Source: a virus
Taxonomy: Duplodnaviria; Caudoviricetes
DNA: 26,146 nucleotides
IMG/VR virus record: IMGVR_UViG_3300024283_000178
Coordinates: 1 to 26,146 of that record
Direction: 5' to 3' (one strand)
The position numbers and the translations under genes are program-made. Position 1 is the stretch's first letter, and every line of letters starts with the position of its first letter. Positions 17,894 through 25,823 of this stretch are shown one piece after another. The notes under the pieces are model-generated. The model saw only the letters and a list, made by a program, of their open reading frames with translations, did no database searches and was not told the origin of the DNA.

Positions 17894-17948
17894 ATTTTAT
17901 TTTGTTCGAGTTGAGGTTGGTTCGTTTTTTATATTGGCCGTAACGCAG

Positions 17949-18452
17949 TCACTTGATTTCGCGGGCGGCCATCGCGGTGGCGGTAGCCAGGCCGATGCTG
18001 GGGATTTCTTTCATGATGTTCGTTGCGCGGTTCATCACCTTGACGGCGCGCTCCTGTTCAGCCGCTTCGTCGGTTTCTTCGCCCGTCTGTGCACTCGCAG
18101 CGCCAGTGCCGCGATTCAGCACGCGAGTCGTGGTGGTTTTTTCACCGCCGGCCTTGAAGCCGCAGTCGGTGAGATAACCAACCCGATCAGCGCGGTCCTT
18201 CAAACCAGTTAGGACCGGCTTGAGACGGTTGATGACCTTGGTGTCGGTGATTTTGTGTTCGACCAGGATGCCGTCCACCTGCTCGCCCAGGAGCGTTTGG
18301 TTTTGCGTCTCAAGTTCCGTCTTGCGGTTCTTGAGCGGCGTCAGTTCCGCTTCGGCGGTCGTGGCGCGGTTGAGGATTTTGGTCACTTCCGCGAGGATGG
18401 CGTCTTCGCTTGCCTCGGCGGCGAGACCAAGTTTCGTTGCGATGCTTTTCAT
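17949..18452 (-). CDS. Nested in-frame scaffold protein (Mu gpZ-like)
   Basis: Internal ATG at 18452 preceded by the A-rich leader CAACAAAAAAACAACCAAGTAAAACAA; begins MKSIATKLGL. Confidence 0.6.
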   Translation of the reverse strand: MKSIATKLGLAAEASEDAILAEVTKILNRATTAEAELTPLKNRKTELETQNQTLLGEQVDGILVEHKITDTKVINRLKPVLTGLKDRADRVGYLTDCGFKAGGEKTTTTRVLNRGTGAASAQTGEETDEAAEQERAVKVMNRATNIMKEIPSIGLATATAMAAREIK

Positions 18453-19016
18453 TTGTTTTACTTGGTTGTTTTTTTGTTGGTTAGCCGCCGATGGATCTTC
18501 ATCAGCGAAAGTGGTGGCCGTCTGCAAAGACCTGTTGGTGATGGGCGTTAAAAGTTCCTTGCCGTTGGCCTGGTTGGTGAAGCCGACCGTCTCGATGGCC
18601 ATCACGCGGTATTTGTTGCCTTCGATTTTTTTCAGGTCGCCGCGATCCGCGACGAAGCTGGTGAATTTATATTCGCGATTCTTCACCGCGTTGTCCCCGG
18701 CCGGCGTCAAGCCATCGTCCTTGGCCCAGATGCCGTCGTCGCGTTTTTCAAAATCCTTGAACCAGGCGAGCGCGGCACTGTCCTTGTCCGGATCGTAAAT
18801 GAAATGTTCGCGGCCGGCGTAGATGCCCGGCCAGTTGTCGCCCAGCCGGTTCTTCGCCTTCTCGATGCTGGCAAGGATGGAATCAAGCGCCGGCTCGTCG
18901 AGCACCTGCACCAGCTTGGCTTCGCTGTTGGGCAGCTCCCCTTTCGGCACGATGTGAATCCAGCCGTTGGTTGATACGAGGGGCGCGCGGTTAAAAATGA
19001 TGACGTGGGATTTCAT
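17949..19016 (-). CDS. Prohead protease/scaffold (Mu gpI-like)
   Basis: GWIHIVPKGE, REH, AALAWFK, REYKFTS, VGFTNQ motifs followed by KLGLAAEASEDAILAEV scaffold region. Confidence 0.85.
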   Translation of the reverse strand: MKSHVIIFNRAPLVSTNGWIHIVPKGELPNSEAKLVQVLDEPALDSILASIEKAKNRLGDNWPGIYAGREHFIYDPDKDSAALAWFKDFEKRDDGIWAKDDGLTPAGDNAVKNREYKFTSFVADRGDLKKIEGNKYRVMAIETVGFTNQANGKELLTPITNRSLQTATTFADEDPSAANQQKNNQVKQMKSIATKLGLAAEASEDAILAEVTKILNRATTAEAELTPLKNRKTELETQNQTLLGEQVDGILVEHKITDTKVINRLKPVLTGLKDRADRVGYLTDCGFKAGGEKTTTTRVLNRGTGAASAQTGEETDEAAEQERAVKVMNRATNIMKEIPSIGLATATAMAAREIK

Positions 19017-20695
19017 GGTTTGGAAACGGGTTTATCTTTTAGTCCGGCGAGCAAGGCGGCGGCATTGGCCTGATCCAGGGCGCGCGCAGATTCAGGATCG
19101 GCGGTGATGTCGGCAACGAGCTGATCCCAGTCGGCGAGCAACGCCTGGAGTTTCTGTCTGCGCAGATCAGGATCGGCAATCGCTTCGATGACGGTGAGGC
19201 GGTCGCGCAACAATTTCAGATCGTCGGCCACGGCCGCCGTGAATGCGTCTGCACCCGGCACGCCGGCCCGGTTCTGAATCTTGGTGTCTTTTTCCAGCAG
19301 GCTTTCATCCTGTTGCGCCGCCGGGCCATTCGGCTTGGCCGCGCGCGTCAGTTTATATCCGCTGCGCTCACTGATCTCCTTTGCGTCCGTCTGCAAGCCG
19401 ACACCTTCGAATTTGACGACCGTGTCCGCCACGGTGTTGACATCTTCATCATCCTGGACGGCGAGCGTGAACTGCGCACAAACCGGCTGGCCGGGAAATT
19501 CAGCCTCGAGTTCCTGCGCATCGAAATCTTTGCGCAAAGTTTCGTTGACGCGCTTACCCTTCATCTTGGCGATCTTTTCCCAAACATCGTGATGCTGTTC
19601 GCCGGGGCCTTTATTGAGTCCGCCGCCGGAACCACCGCCGCCATGCGTCAACATGGTGAGCAGGCCGCTGGTGGCGGCCATCACCACGTCTTCATTCTGC
19701 GCGTTGCAGAATGTCTCGAAGGGCGATTCACCACGCACACCAGCGGTCGGGAACTTGATGTCGCTCCCGGCCGGGAGCGCACCACTCACACCATCGGAGA
19801 CTTTTTCCGCCGCTGCCTGGTAGTCGGCCTCCTTGCCGACCTGAATGTTTGGCGGCATGATGACCACGCCCTTGGCCAAGCCGAAGATTTCCACGAACGC
19901 CGCCCAATCCTTCCGCCCCATCAACCAGTTCACGAATGCGATCAATGCGATCTCATAAAGGGGTGACTCGACTTCGCGGATGACGAAATCTTCGCGAGGC
20001 ATCGCTTCGCTTCCGATCCGGCAATTTTCGCCGAAGGTGGATTTGCAAGCACCGAGGCCGACACCGAATCGGGAAATCTCATTATAATAGAAGTCGCCAT
20101 AATAACCGTCGCGCGACCAGGCCCACGGCTCAAGCCAGTAAAGTTCCTGCACGGCCCCATCATTATCGCCGCCTTCGTAATAGTGTTTCTGCAAAACAGC
20201 ATATCCCCGGATGTCCGCCATCACGATCTGGCCGATGGCTTCATTGATGTTCCCGATCAGATCGTAACGCGAGCGCAGATAAGCGCGTTGTTTCTCCGCC
20301 ATCTCAGCCGTGGCACCTGGCGGCAGGACTTTCATCACCTTCACGTCCCAGTCCAATTCTTCAACGCTGGCCAGCAACCGTTCAATGAAGCCCTTGAGCG
20401 TCGGATAACGCTTCTCAGTTTTGCGCAGTAGCAATTGCAACTCCGCATAAGCGCCGCGCTCGGCCGCTTCGAAGATCGTGATGAGCCGGCCCATGACCAG
20501 GCCGCGCAGCGGGTTGTAATTATCCCGCCAGAGATTCGACTTTCGGACCATCTGCGCGTCCGTCTTGCCCGTGCCGAAGGCAGCATAAGCGTCGGCCGTC
20601 GAAGGCGTGGACGGCGGCGCACTGGCGGTCGTGGCCGGCTTGCCGGTGGCCTGCCTGGCGCGGATCCTTTTCGGGATGGATGCAGACTTAGCCAC
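19013..20695 (-). CDS. Portal protein (Mu gp29/DUF935-like); start reassigned to GTG 20695
   Basis: IFEAAERG, ADIRGYAVLQ, KDWAAFVEIFGL motifs; GGGAGGT Shine-Dalgarno upstream of the GTG. Confidence 0.88.
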   Translation of the reverse strand: MAKSASIPKRIRARQATGKPATTASAPPSTPSTADAYAAFGTGKTDAQMVRKSNLWRDNYNPLRGLVMGRLITIFEAAERGAYAELQLLLRKTEKRYPTLKGFIERLLASVEELDWDVKVMKVLPPGATAEMAEKQRAYLRSRYDLIGNINEAIGQIVMADIRGYAVLQKHYYEGGDNDGAVQELYWLEPWAWSRDGYYGDFYYNEISRFGVGLGACKSTFGENCRIGSEAMPREDFVIREVESPLYEIALIAFVNWLMGRKDWAAFVEIFGLAKGVVIMPPNIQVGKEADYQAAAEKVSDGVSGALPAGSDIKFPTAGVRGESPFETFCNAQNEDVVMAATSGLLTMLTHGGGGSGGGLNKGPGEQHHDVWEKIAKMKGKRVNETLRKDFDAQELEAEFPGQPVCAQFTLAVQDDEDVNTVADTVVKFEGVGLQTDAKEISERSGYKLTRAAKPNGPAAQQDESLLEKDTKIQNRAGVPGADAFTAAVADDLKLLRDRLTVIEAIADPDLRRQKLQALLADWDQLVADITADPESARALDQANAAALLAGLKDKPVSKP

Positions 20696-20918
20696 GGCAC
20701 ACCTCCCGTGAAGAGTTGAGGGCAAAAACCCGGAACAGGGCTGCCCCCCCGATTTTGGACTCATTCAAGCCATCTGACGATGCCTTGAAGACGCACCACG
20801 AGCCTTGAATAGCCACCTTTGACATCCTGCGCGCGTCCAAGTGGCTCAAAATCGTCCCAGGGGCATCCAGCGCGACGGATAGGTGGTTAAAATGGGTGAC
20901 CATACGCAAGGATTTCAT
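20688..20918 (-). CDS. Small hypothetical protein between TerL and portal
   Basis: ATGA overlap with the TerL stop and 8-nt overlap with the portal start; no recognisable motif. Confidence 0.35.
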   Translation of the reverse strand: MKSLRMVTHFNHLSVALDAPGTILSHLDARRMSKVAIQGSWCVFKASSDGLNESKIGGAALFRVFALNSSREVCRG

Positions 20919-22510
20919 CCGGCAATGCTCCGATCCCGCCGACTGGCGATAACCCGCCCAGAACGGGAATTTTCAAAGACGTAGATCTTGCCGGGCTCCA
21001 GCAAGGATTCAGATGCGCGAATTGCCAGGGCGAAGGCCCAGAAGTGGTCGGCGTGACCGGCTTCATCCCGAACGGCCGCGATGCTGACCTTGCCACCAGG
21101 GGAAGTGATCCGCTCCGGCTTGCGCAAATCGTCAATCGCATCATTGTCCAACTCGACCTCAATCGTGATGGACTTGCCCTCGAAGCAACCAAGCAGCGCG
21201 GTGGCCATGTTTTCAGTAACCCTGGCCTTTTCTTTTTTCTTGCCCTCGGACTTGAGGTAATTGTTGATGGGCTCGGTTGTGGAAAAATCAATGCCTTGAA
21301 TCCGTTCACCGCCCCACGGCTCCTCCTGGGCATATTCCACCAGACCGAGGCCGAGGCCGGTCATATCAATGCACGCACCCCGGAATTTCGGCAGCTTGCA
21401 AACCAGATCCAATTGCGCCTGCTGGTCTGGCAGCCGCATTCCCGCCATCCGCAACATTCCAATGATGCGCTTGGAGTCGCCGTCCTTTTCCAAAACCGCT
21501 TGCACCGAAAGATCGCGATGCCGGCCCACGTCCTGGCCAAGGTAGAGATCACCTTTTGCCCGGAACATCCGCGCCATCGCAACCGGCGACCATTGCTGGT
21601 CATCAATCGGGATTCCTTCGCGCATGGCCTGCGTGATCAGCTCACTGGTGAGCAGACACATGTTTTCATCATTGAACGCGCATTCGTAATTTTGATCGTA
21701 TGCCCGTTTATCTAACGATTTTTTGCGCGCTTCATCGGGTGTGATCGGCTTCCGCGAGTTGGCGTCATAGACTTTGACGCCCATCTTCCATGCCTCCGAA
21801 CGGGTGACCCGGCAGACCTTGAATCCCGCCGTCGAGGTGAAGACAGTGCCGTCATTGGGACCAGATCCGGCGCACATGCGATAAAACATGTTGTGCTTGC
21901 CATTGCCGGTGGACGCGATGCGGCAGAGGAATTCGGGATTGCTGGAAAGGATCGGCTCGGCCGCCTCCCAAATCGCGTTGCTGTCTTCATGGAAAGCAAA
22001 TTCGTCGAGAATGAGATCACCAGAAAAGCCGCGAGCCGTGCGAGGGTTTGCCGCCAGCACCTTGATGCGGCCGACGTGTTCAACTCCGCTGACGATCCGG
22101 GTGATCCGGATTTCCATGCGCATGTTGTCATAAACGAGATCAGGAGAATCGTCGGAGGATTCAAACGCCGCGCCAGCCACCTTGCAGGCCTGCGCCGCCT
22201 TCAGACAAAATTCCGCACCATTGTCCCGCGAATTGGAAAGCACGGTGACCAGCCAGGTGGGATTGGTTTCGAGCTGCTTGACCAGGCGCGCAACCGCCCA
22301 ATTGGCGAGCGTGTAGGATTTTCCGATCTGCCGGGACCAATGCAGGATCAGCAAACCGGATTCGTTATCCCAAAACACCGGCCGCTGATAAACGCGGAAG
22401 CCCACCACCGGACCCGTGACGGGTGCCAATTGATGGGAAGCGAGTTCCAACGCCGCGACCTTCAACGGCCGTGGGCGATTCGCCTTGCTAGTTTTAGTGC
22501 GGGGCGTCAT
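20915..22510 (-). CDS. Terminase large subunit (Mu gp28-like); start reassigned to ATG 22510
   Basis: Walker A SRQIGKS, ARGFSGDLILDEFA Walker B, STGNG, nuclease GQDVGR, IDMTGLG, HADHFWA. Confidence 0.95.
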   Translation of the reverse strand: MTPRTKTSKANRPRPLKVAALELASHQLAPVTGPVVGFRVYQRPVFWDNESGLLILHWSRQIGKSYTLANWAVARLVKQLETNPTWLVTVLSNSRDNGAEFCLKAAQACKVAGAAFESSDDSPDLVYDNMRMEIRITRIVSGVEHVGRIKVLAANPRTARGFSGDLILDEFAFHEDSNAIWEAAEPILSSNPEFLCRIASTGNGKHNMFYRMCAGSGPNDGTVFTSTAGFKVCRVTRSEAWKMGVKVYDANSRKPITPDEARKKSLDKRAYDQNYECAFNDENMCLLTSELITQAMREGIPIDDQQWSPVAMARMFRAKGDLYLGQDVGRHRDLSVQAVLEKDGDSKRIIGMLRMAGMRLPDQQAQLDLVCKLPKFRGACIDMTGLGLGLVEYAQEEPWGGERIQGIDFSTTEPINNYLKSEGKKKEKARVTENMATALLGCFEGKSITIEVELDNDAIDDLRKPERITSPGGKVSIAAVRDEAGHADHFWAFALAIRASESLLEPGKIYVFENSRSGRVIASRRDRSIAG

Positions 22511-23184
22511 TGATTGCCGGGCCGAGGTTCGGTCGGTGCCTTGCCGAAGAGTTTCTCCATGAACATTTGCGTCTTCTCGGATTCCGAGAGCGTCTTGTTC
22601 GAGGCGATCACCTTGAGCGCCGGCAACGCCTTGAGGCATGCCTTGGCCGCATCGAACTCGAATTGTTCGCGCGCCAATTTGAACTGCTCTTTCATCCGCG
22701 CTTCCGATTCCCGCTTCAGTTCCAGCTTGGCGGTTTCCAATTGGGCGTTGAACTTGGCCGTCTCCTGGTCCAGATCCAAACGCATCGTCGCGCGCCCTTC
22801 CTTGAAGTCGCCCGTCACCAGGCTGCGCCGATAGGACGCACCCAACACCATCTCGCGGATCTGCTCCTTCGAGAGCGAGTCGCCAAATTCCTTGATGAAA
22901 AACTTCTCGTCCGACGCCATCCGCTCCGATTCGTCCTGGCGTTTCTGTTCGTCCGCATCCCACTTTCGGAAGCGCACGATCTGATCGTCGTCCGTCAGAT
23001 TGATGCCAAACTTGAGCCGCAACGATTCCCGCGTGTCCCGCGTGGGCGTGGCCGAAACAAACTGCCCACGCCAGTAATCCCACTGCGAGTCGGTGAACTT
23101 GTCGCGCCACAATTCCTTGAACCGCGTCAACTCCGAGGGCGCGGCGCCCACCGGATTGGCTTTCAGTTTTGTTTTGGCCTTCAT
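22507..23184 (-). CDS. Terminase small subunit (Mu gp27/DUF3486-like, putative)
   Basis: Directly upstream of TerL with ATGA overlap; N-terminal HTH-like region, C-terminal coiled coil. Confidence 0.65.
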   Translation of the reverse strand: MKAKTKLKANPVGAAPSELTRFKELWRDKFTDSQWDYWRGQFVSATPTRDTRESLRLKFGINLTDDDQIVRFRKWDADEQKRQDESERMASDEKFFIKEFGDSLSKEQIREMVLGASYRRSLVTGDFKEGRATMRLDLDQETAKFNAQLETAKLELKRESEARMKEQFKLAREQFEFDAAKACLKALPALKVIASNKTLSESEKTQMFMEKLFGKAPTEPRPGNQ

Positions 23185-23188
23185 TCAT

Positions 23189-23338
23189 TTAGAAACAAAA
23201 GTGCAGTGAACCTACGAACCAGCCGACCGAGACGCGCCAGTGAACCGCCGCGCATGCCGGATCGGCGCAGTCGCCTTTCGTGATGGCGACGGTCGGCAAT
23301 ACCAGGAACATTTCGGGATGGAATTCGGCTTGGATCAT
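23189..23338 (-). CDS. Small hypothetical protein (about 49 aa, Cys/His motif)
   Basis: MIQAEFHPEMFLVLPTVAITKGDCADPACAAVHW...; fills the gap between two genes. Confidence 0.4.
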   Translation of the reverse strand: MIQAEFHPEMFLVLPTVAITKGDCADPACAAVHWRVSVGWFVGSLHFCF

Positions 23339-23355
23339 TTGATTGCCAGTGTGGC

Positions 23356-23628
23356 TCACACCATCTCCAGGCGCGCGGCCTCGCCAGCGTCGCTGATGCT
23401 CCATTTCATTTTGCCCGCGAACTTGGATGGCACGCCGATGGTCCATTTTTTGACGTCGCAAATTTTAATGACGGTCTCCACCTCGGTAGCGCTCGGTTTG
23501 GGATGCACCGCCGGATCGCGCAAGATGGCCGCGTGGATCTCCAGTTCGATGGCCTGGCCGCCGTCGAGCGAATGCAGATAGTCGAGCGCCGCCTTGCACA
23601 ATGAGATTTCGCGTTGGGTCAGATTCAT
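23356..23628 (-). CDS. Small winged-helix-like protein (Mu gp26 position)
   Basis: 90 aa ending KWSISDAGEAARLE; same position as Mu gp26. Confidence 0.55.
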   Translation of the reverse strand: MNLTQREISLCKAALDYLHSLDGGQAIELEIHAAILRDPAVHPKPSATEVETVIKICDVKKWTIGVPSKFAGKMKWSISDAGEAARLEMV

Positions 23629-24056
23629 GGTTGCTTGCCTTTCAATTTGTCGAACAGGTCCAGCGTGGCCTTGAGCTGATCAATCATCTTCTTGGGCAGC
23701 TCATCTATGCGGCTGTCCAGCGCTTCGATCAGGGAAGCCAGATGCTCTTCACGGACAGCCCCGGCTTTGAGGATGGCCTTGTTTTCATCCGATAGATTCT
23801 TCAGCTCGCGTTCGAGCTTCGATTCGCGCTGGTTCCATTCCAGCCGGGTGATGTAGTCACCCTTGGGCTGGTAGTCACCGATGGGCTGAAATTCCTCGCG
23901 GGCCTTTTCCATCATCTCCGCGCCCGTTGGCTTGTCTTTGATGTTGCGCCAAAAATCCATGGCAGCGTTCGCCCCCATGAAGAGGAACATCAGGCAGGCG
24001 CAGAATCCGGCGATCATCACCGGCGGGTCGTAGGCGGATAATTCAGCGAGCAGCAT
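23625..24056 (-). CDS. Single-TM coiled-coil protein (Mu gp25/DUF2730 position)
   Basis: TM MIAGFCACLMFLFMGANAAM followed by coiled coil; between lysis genes and the gp26-like gene. Confidence 0.6.
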   Translation of the reverse strand: MLLAELSAYDPPVMIAGFCACLMFLFMGANAAMDFWRNIKDKPTGAEMMEKAREEFQPIGDYQPKGDYITRLEWNQRESKLERELKNLSDENKAILKAGAVREEHLASLIEALDSRIDELPKKMIDQLKATLDLFDKLKGKQP

Positions 24057-24059
24057 AAA

Positions 24060-24845
24060 TCAGGTTGAGAGTCGGGGAGTTGAGAGTTGAGAGTCAGCCA
24101 GAGCCGTGGTGTAGTTGACCATCTTGTGGTCGTGGATCGGGTCCATCGCGCCGGTGAATTTGCTGATAATGAACGCGCGATAGATTCCCCAAGCATCGCT
24201 GGCCAGCAACCGCACGAACGACGGCGCAGCGATCAAGCCGCCAAAGGAAGGCAGGAAAATTTCCAAGCCAACATGCCGGTAAGGGTCCGTGACGGACGGC
24301 AGATGCGGCACGCGCGCGACGATGTCTTCCTGATAAACCACTCGGAACGTGGATGCGCCCAGGGAAAAATCGTAGAGCCGCTTGAACGCCGCGTTGCCGA
24401 CGCGTGGCTGCCCAAAGGTGTAAACCTGGGCGATGTTGAATCCCTGCCGCTTCAGTTCCAGCGCCACCAGGATCGCCAACGCGCCACCGAGGCTATGGCC
24501 GGTGATGTAAACCGGGCGCGAACCGGCGACGATGCAAGATAGATGATGGCCAAGATCGGCAATGATGCTTTCGTAAGCCGCCAGAAAACCGCGATGCACT
24601 TCGCACCGGTCGCCGTTCGCTTCCTCGACGAGCAGCTCCCGGAAAAATTTCGCGTCGGTGACAAAATCACGCGCATTGCTCGTGCCGCGAAACGCGATGA
24701 TGACGCAGCCGGCCTGCTCGATCACGAGCGCCTGCGTATCCGTCACCTGGTTGCTGACCGTGGGCCGGGCTGAGTAAGCGGCGGCGCTGGCGGCAGCGCA
24801 TTCGCGGGCGTTGACCAGGTCAAAGGTGGTGGCAGTGAGATTCAT
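24060..24845 (-). CDS. Class 3 lipase (alpha/beta hydrolase); start reassigned to ATG 24845
   Basis: IAFRGT, VHRGF, ITGHSLGGALA nucleophile elbow, YTFGQPRVGN, DIVARVP, C-terminal DH. Confidence 0.93.
   Translation of the reverse strand: MNLTATTFDLVNARECAAASAAAYSARPTVSNQVTDTQALVIEQAGCVIIAFRGTSNARDFVTDAKFFRELLVEEANGDRCEVHRGFLAAYESIIADLGHHLSCIVAGSRPVYITGHSLGGALAILVALELKRQGFNIAQVYTFGQPRVGNAAFKRLYDFSLGASTFRVVYQEDIVARVPHLPSVTDPYRHVGLEIFLPSFGGLIAAPSFVRLLASDAWGIYRAFIISKFTGAMDPIHDHKMVNYTTALADSQLSTPRLST
24064..24093. repeat. Degenerate (GTTGAGA)n heptamer repeat at the lipase 3' end
   Basis: GTTGAGA GTCGGGGA GTTGAGA GTTGAGA; encodes SQLSTPRLST. Confidence 0.75.
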
Positions 24846-24964
24846 GGCCGATCGCTCCTCCGATTCAACAGGATCAAGGCGAGACCGCCCGCCGCCGCGA
24901 TGCCGGCAATGAAGCCGACGACCGCGCCTGATCCGAATCCGATAAATGTGCAAAGCGTGTTCAA
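24842..24964 (-). CDS. 40-aa single-TM peptide (holin-like candidate), not in the ORF track
   Basis: TTG start; (M)NTLCTFIGFGSGAVVGFIAGIAAAGGLALILLNRRSDRP; stop overlaps the lipase ATG (ATGA). Confidence 0.55.
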   Translation of the reverse strand: MNTLCTFIGFGSGAVVGFIAGIAAAGGLALILLNRRSDRP

Positions 24965-25055
24965 TTTTTCACTTCCGGTTTTCTGGGACTTTTACCGTGA
25001 ACCCATCTTTCTGTTTGCGTTAGTGACCGCCGCAGCGGTGCGTTTAATTTCTTGG

Positions 25056-25487
25056 CTAATGAGAAACCGGCGTCAGGTTGTTGCCCGTTCCGGTGGCTGA
25101 GTTGATTGGTTCGTGCTGGCCACCGATGATGGTGTTGACCGCGTTTGTTCCGCCCGTGGCGACGGTGGTCGTCATGGCTGCATTGCCGAAGACAGCGCTG
25201 TGACCGTACATCTCGTAGGAGCTGGTGAACTGCGGAATGACCGACGCGTCGGACGGCTGCGCATTGGTGCCGTTCAAGCCGGTCGGGACTTTCACGTATT
25301 CGACCTGACTGCGACCGACCATCAGCTCATAAACCTGCGTGGCCGGGTTCTGACCGATCTTGATGCCGGTCTGCGTGACTGTGACCTTCGTCACGTCTTT
25401 CGTATTGACGGCCGTGGCGCAGCCGGTGACTAGCGTGATGGCCAATGCGGCTGTCGCCGCGATGAGGAGTTTGATTTTAGTTTTCAT
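25056..25487 (-). CDS. Lipoprotein, first gene of the late operon
   Basis: MKTKIKLLIAATAALAITLVTG-C lipobox. Confidence 0.8.
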   Translation of the reverse strand: MKTKIKLLIAATAALAITLVTGCATAVNTKDVTKVTVTQTGIKIGQNPATQVYELMVGRSQVEYVKVPTGLNGTNAQPSDASVIPQFTSSYEMYGHSAVFGNAAMTTTVATGGTNAVNTIIGGQHEPINSATGTGNNLTPVSH

Positions 25488-25749
25488 ATGTGCGTGAGGC
25501 GCTGCCTGTTTTAACGGAGGTTTTTGGTTGGTTTAACTGCGATGTGGAAAAAGCTGGCGACCGGGCCGGAGGAGACCAACCCAGAAGCCAGTGAAGAGCC
25601 GGACGGCTGTATACGGCGGGGAAACGACGAAGACAGGTTCGTCAGCCCTTCAAGTTGTTTGCGATTCGTTTCCCCAAAAATCATGCGAGCAGAGTCGCAT
25701 GGGTTTCAGGAAAGAGAATTAAGCCGCTTAAGCGAAATGGACGGGGGAG

Positions 25750-25781
25750 AAAAAAGAAACCGGAGGGTGGTCTCCTCCGGC
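25750..25781 (-). terminator. Intrinsic terminator after the zinc-ribbon gene
   Basis: Minus strand CCGGAGG-AGACCAC-CCTCCGG-TTTCTTTTTT. Confidence 0.65.
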
Positions 25782-25823
25782 GCGGGCAACTAAATCACAA
25801 CCAACACGGGCGCGTCGAGAAGA

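Noticed and set aside
22511-23188. 757-aa terminase with a long N-terminal extension
   Set aside because: The extension overlaps the better TerS-like ORF in another frame; ATG 22510 overlaps the TerS stop and gives a normal 531-aa TerL
24846-24953. Arg-rich N-terminal extension of the lipase (possible Tat-like signal)
   Set aside because: It is the alternate frame of the TM peptide gene, has no hydrophobic core, and ATG 24845 has ATGA coupling and an upstream GGAGG
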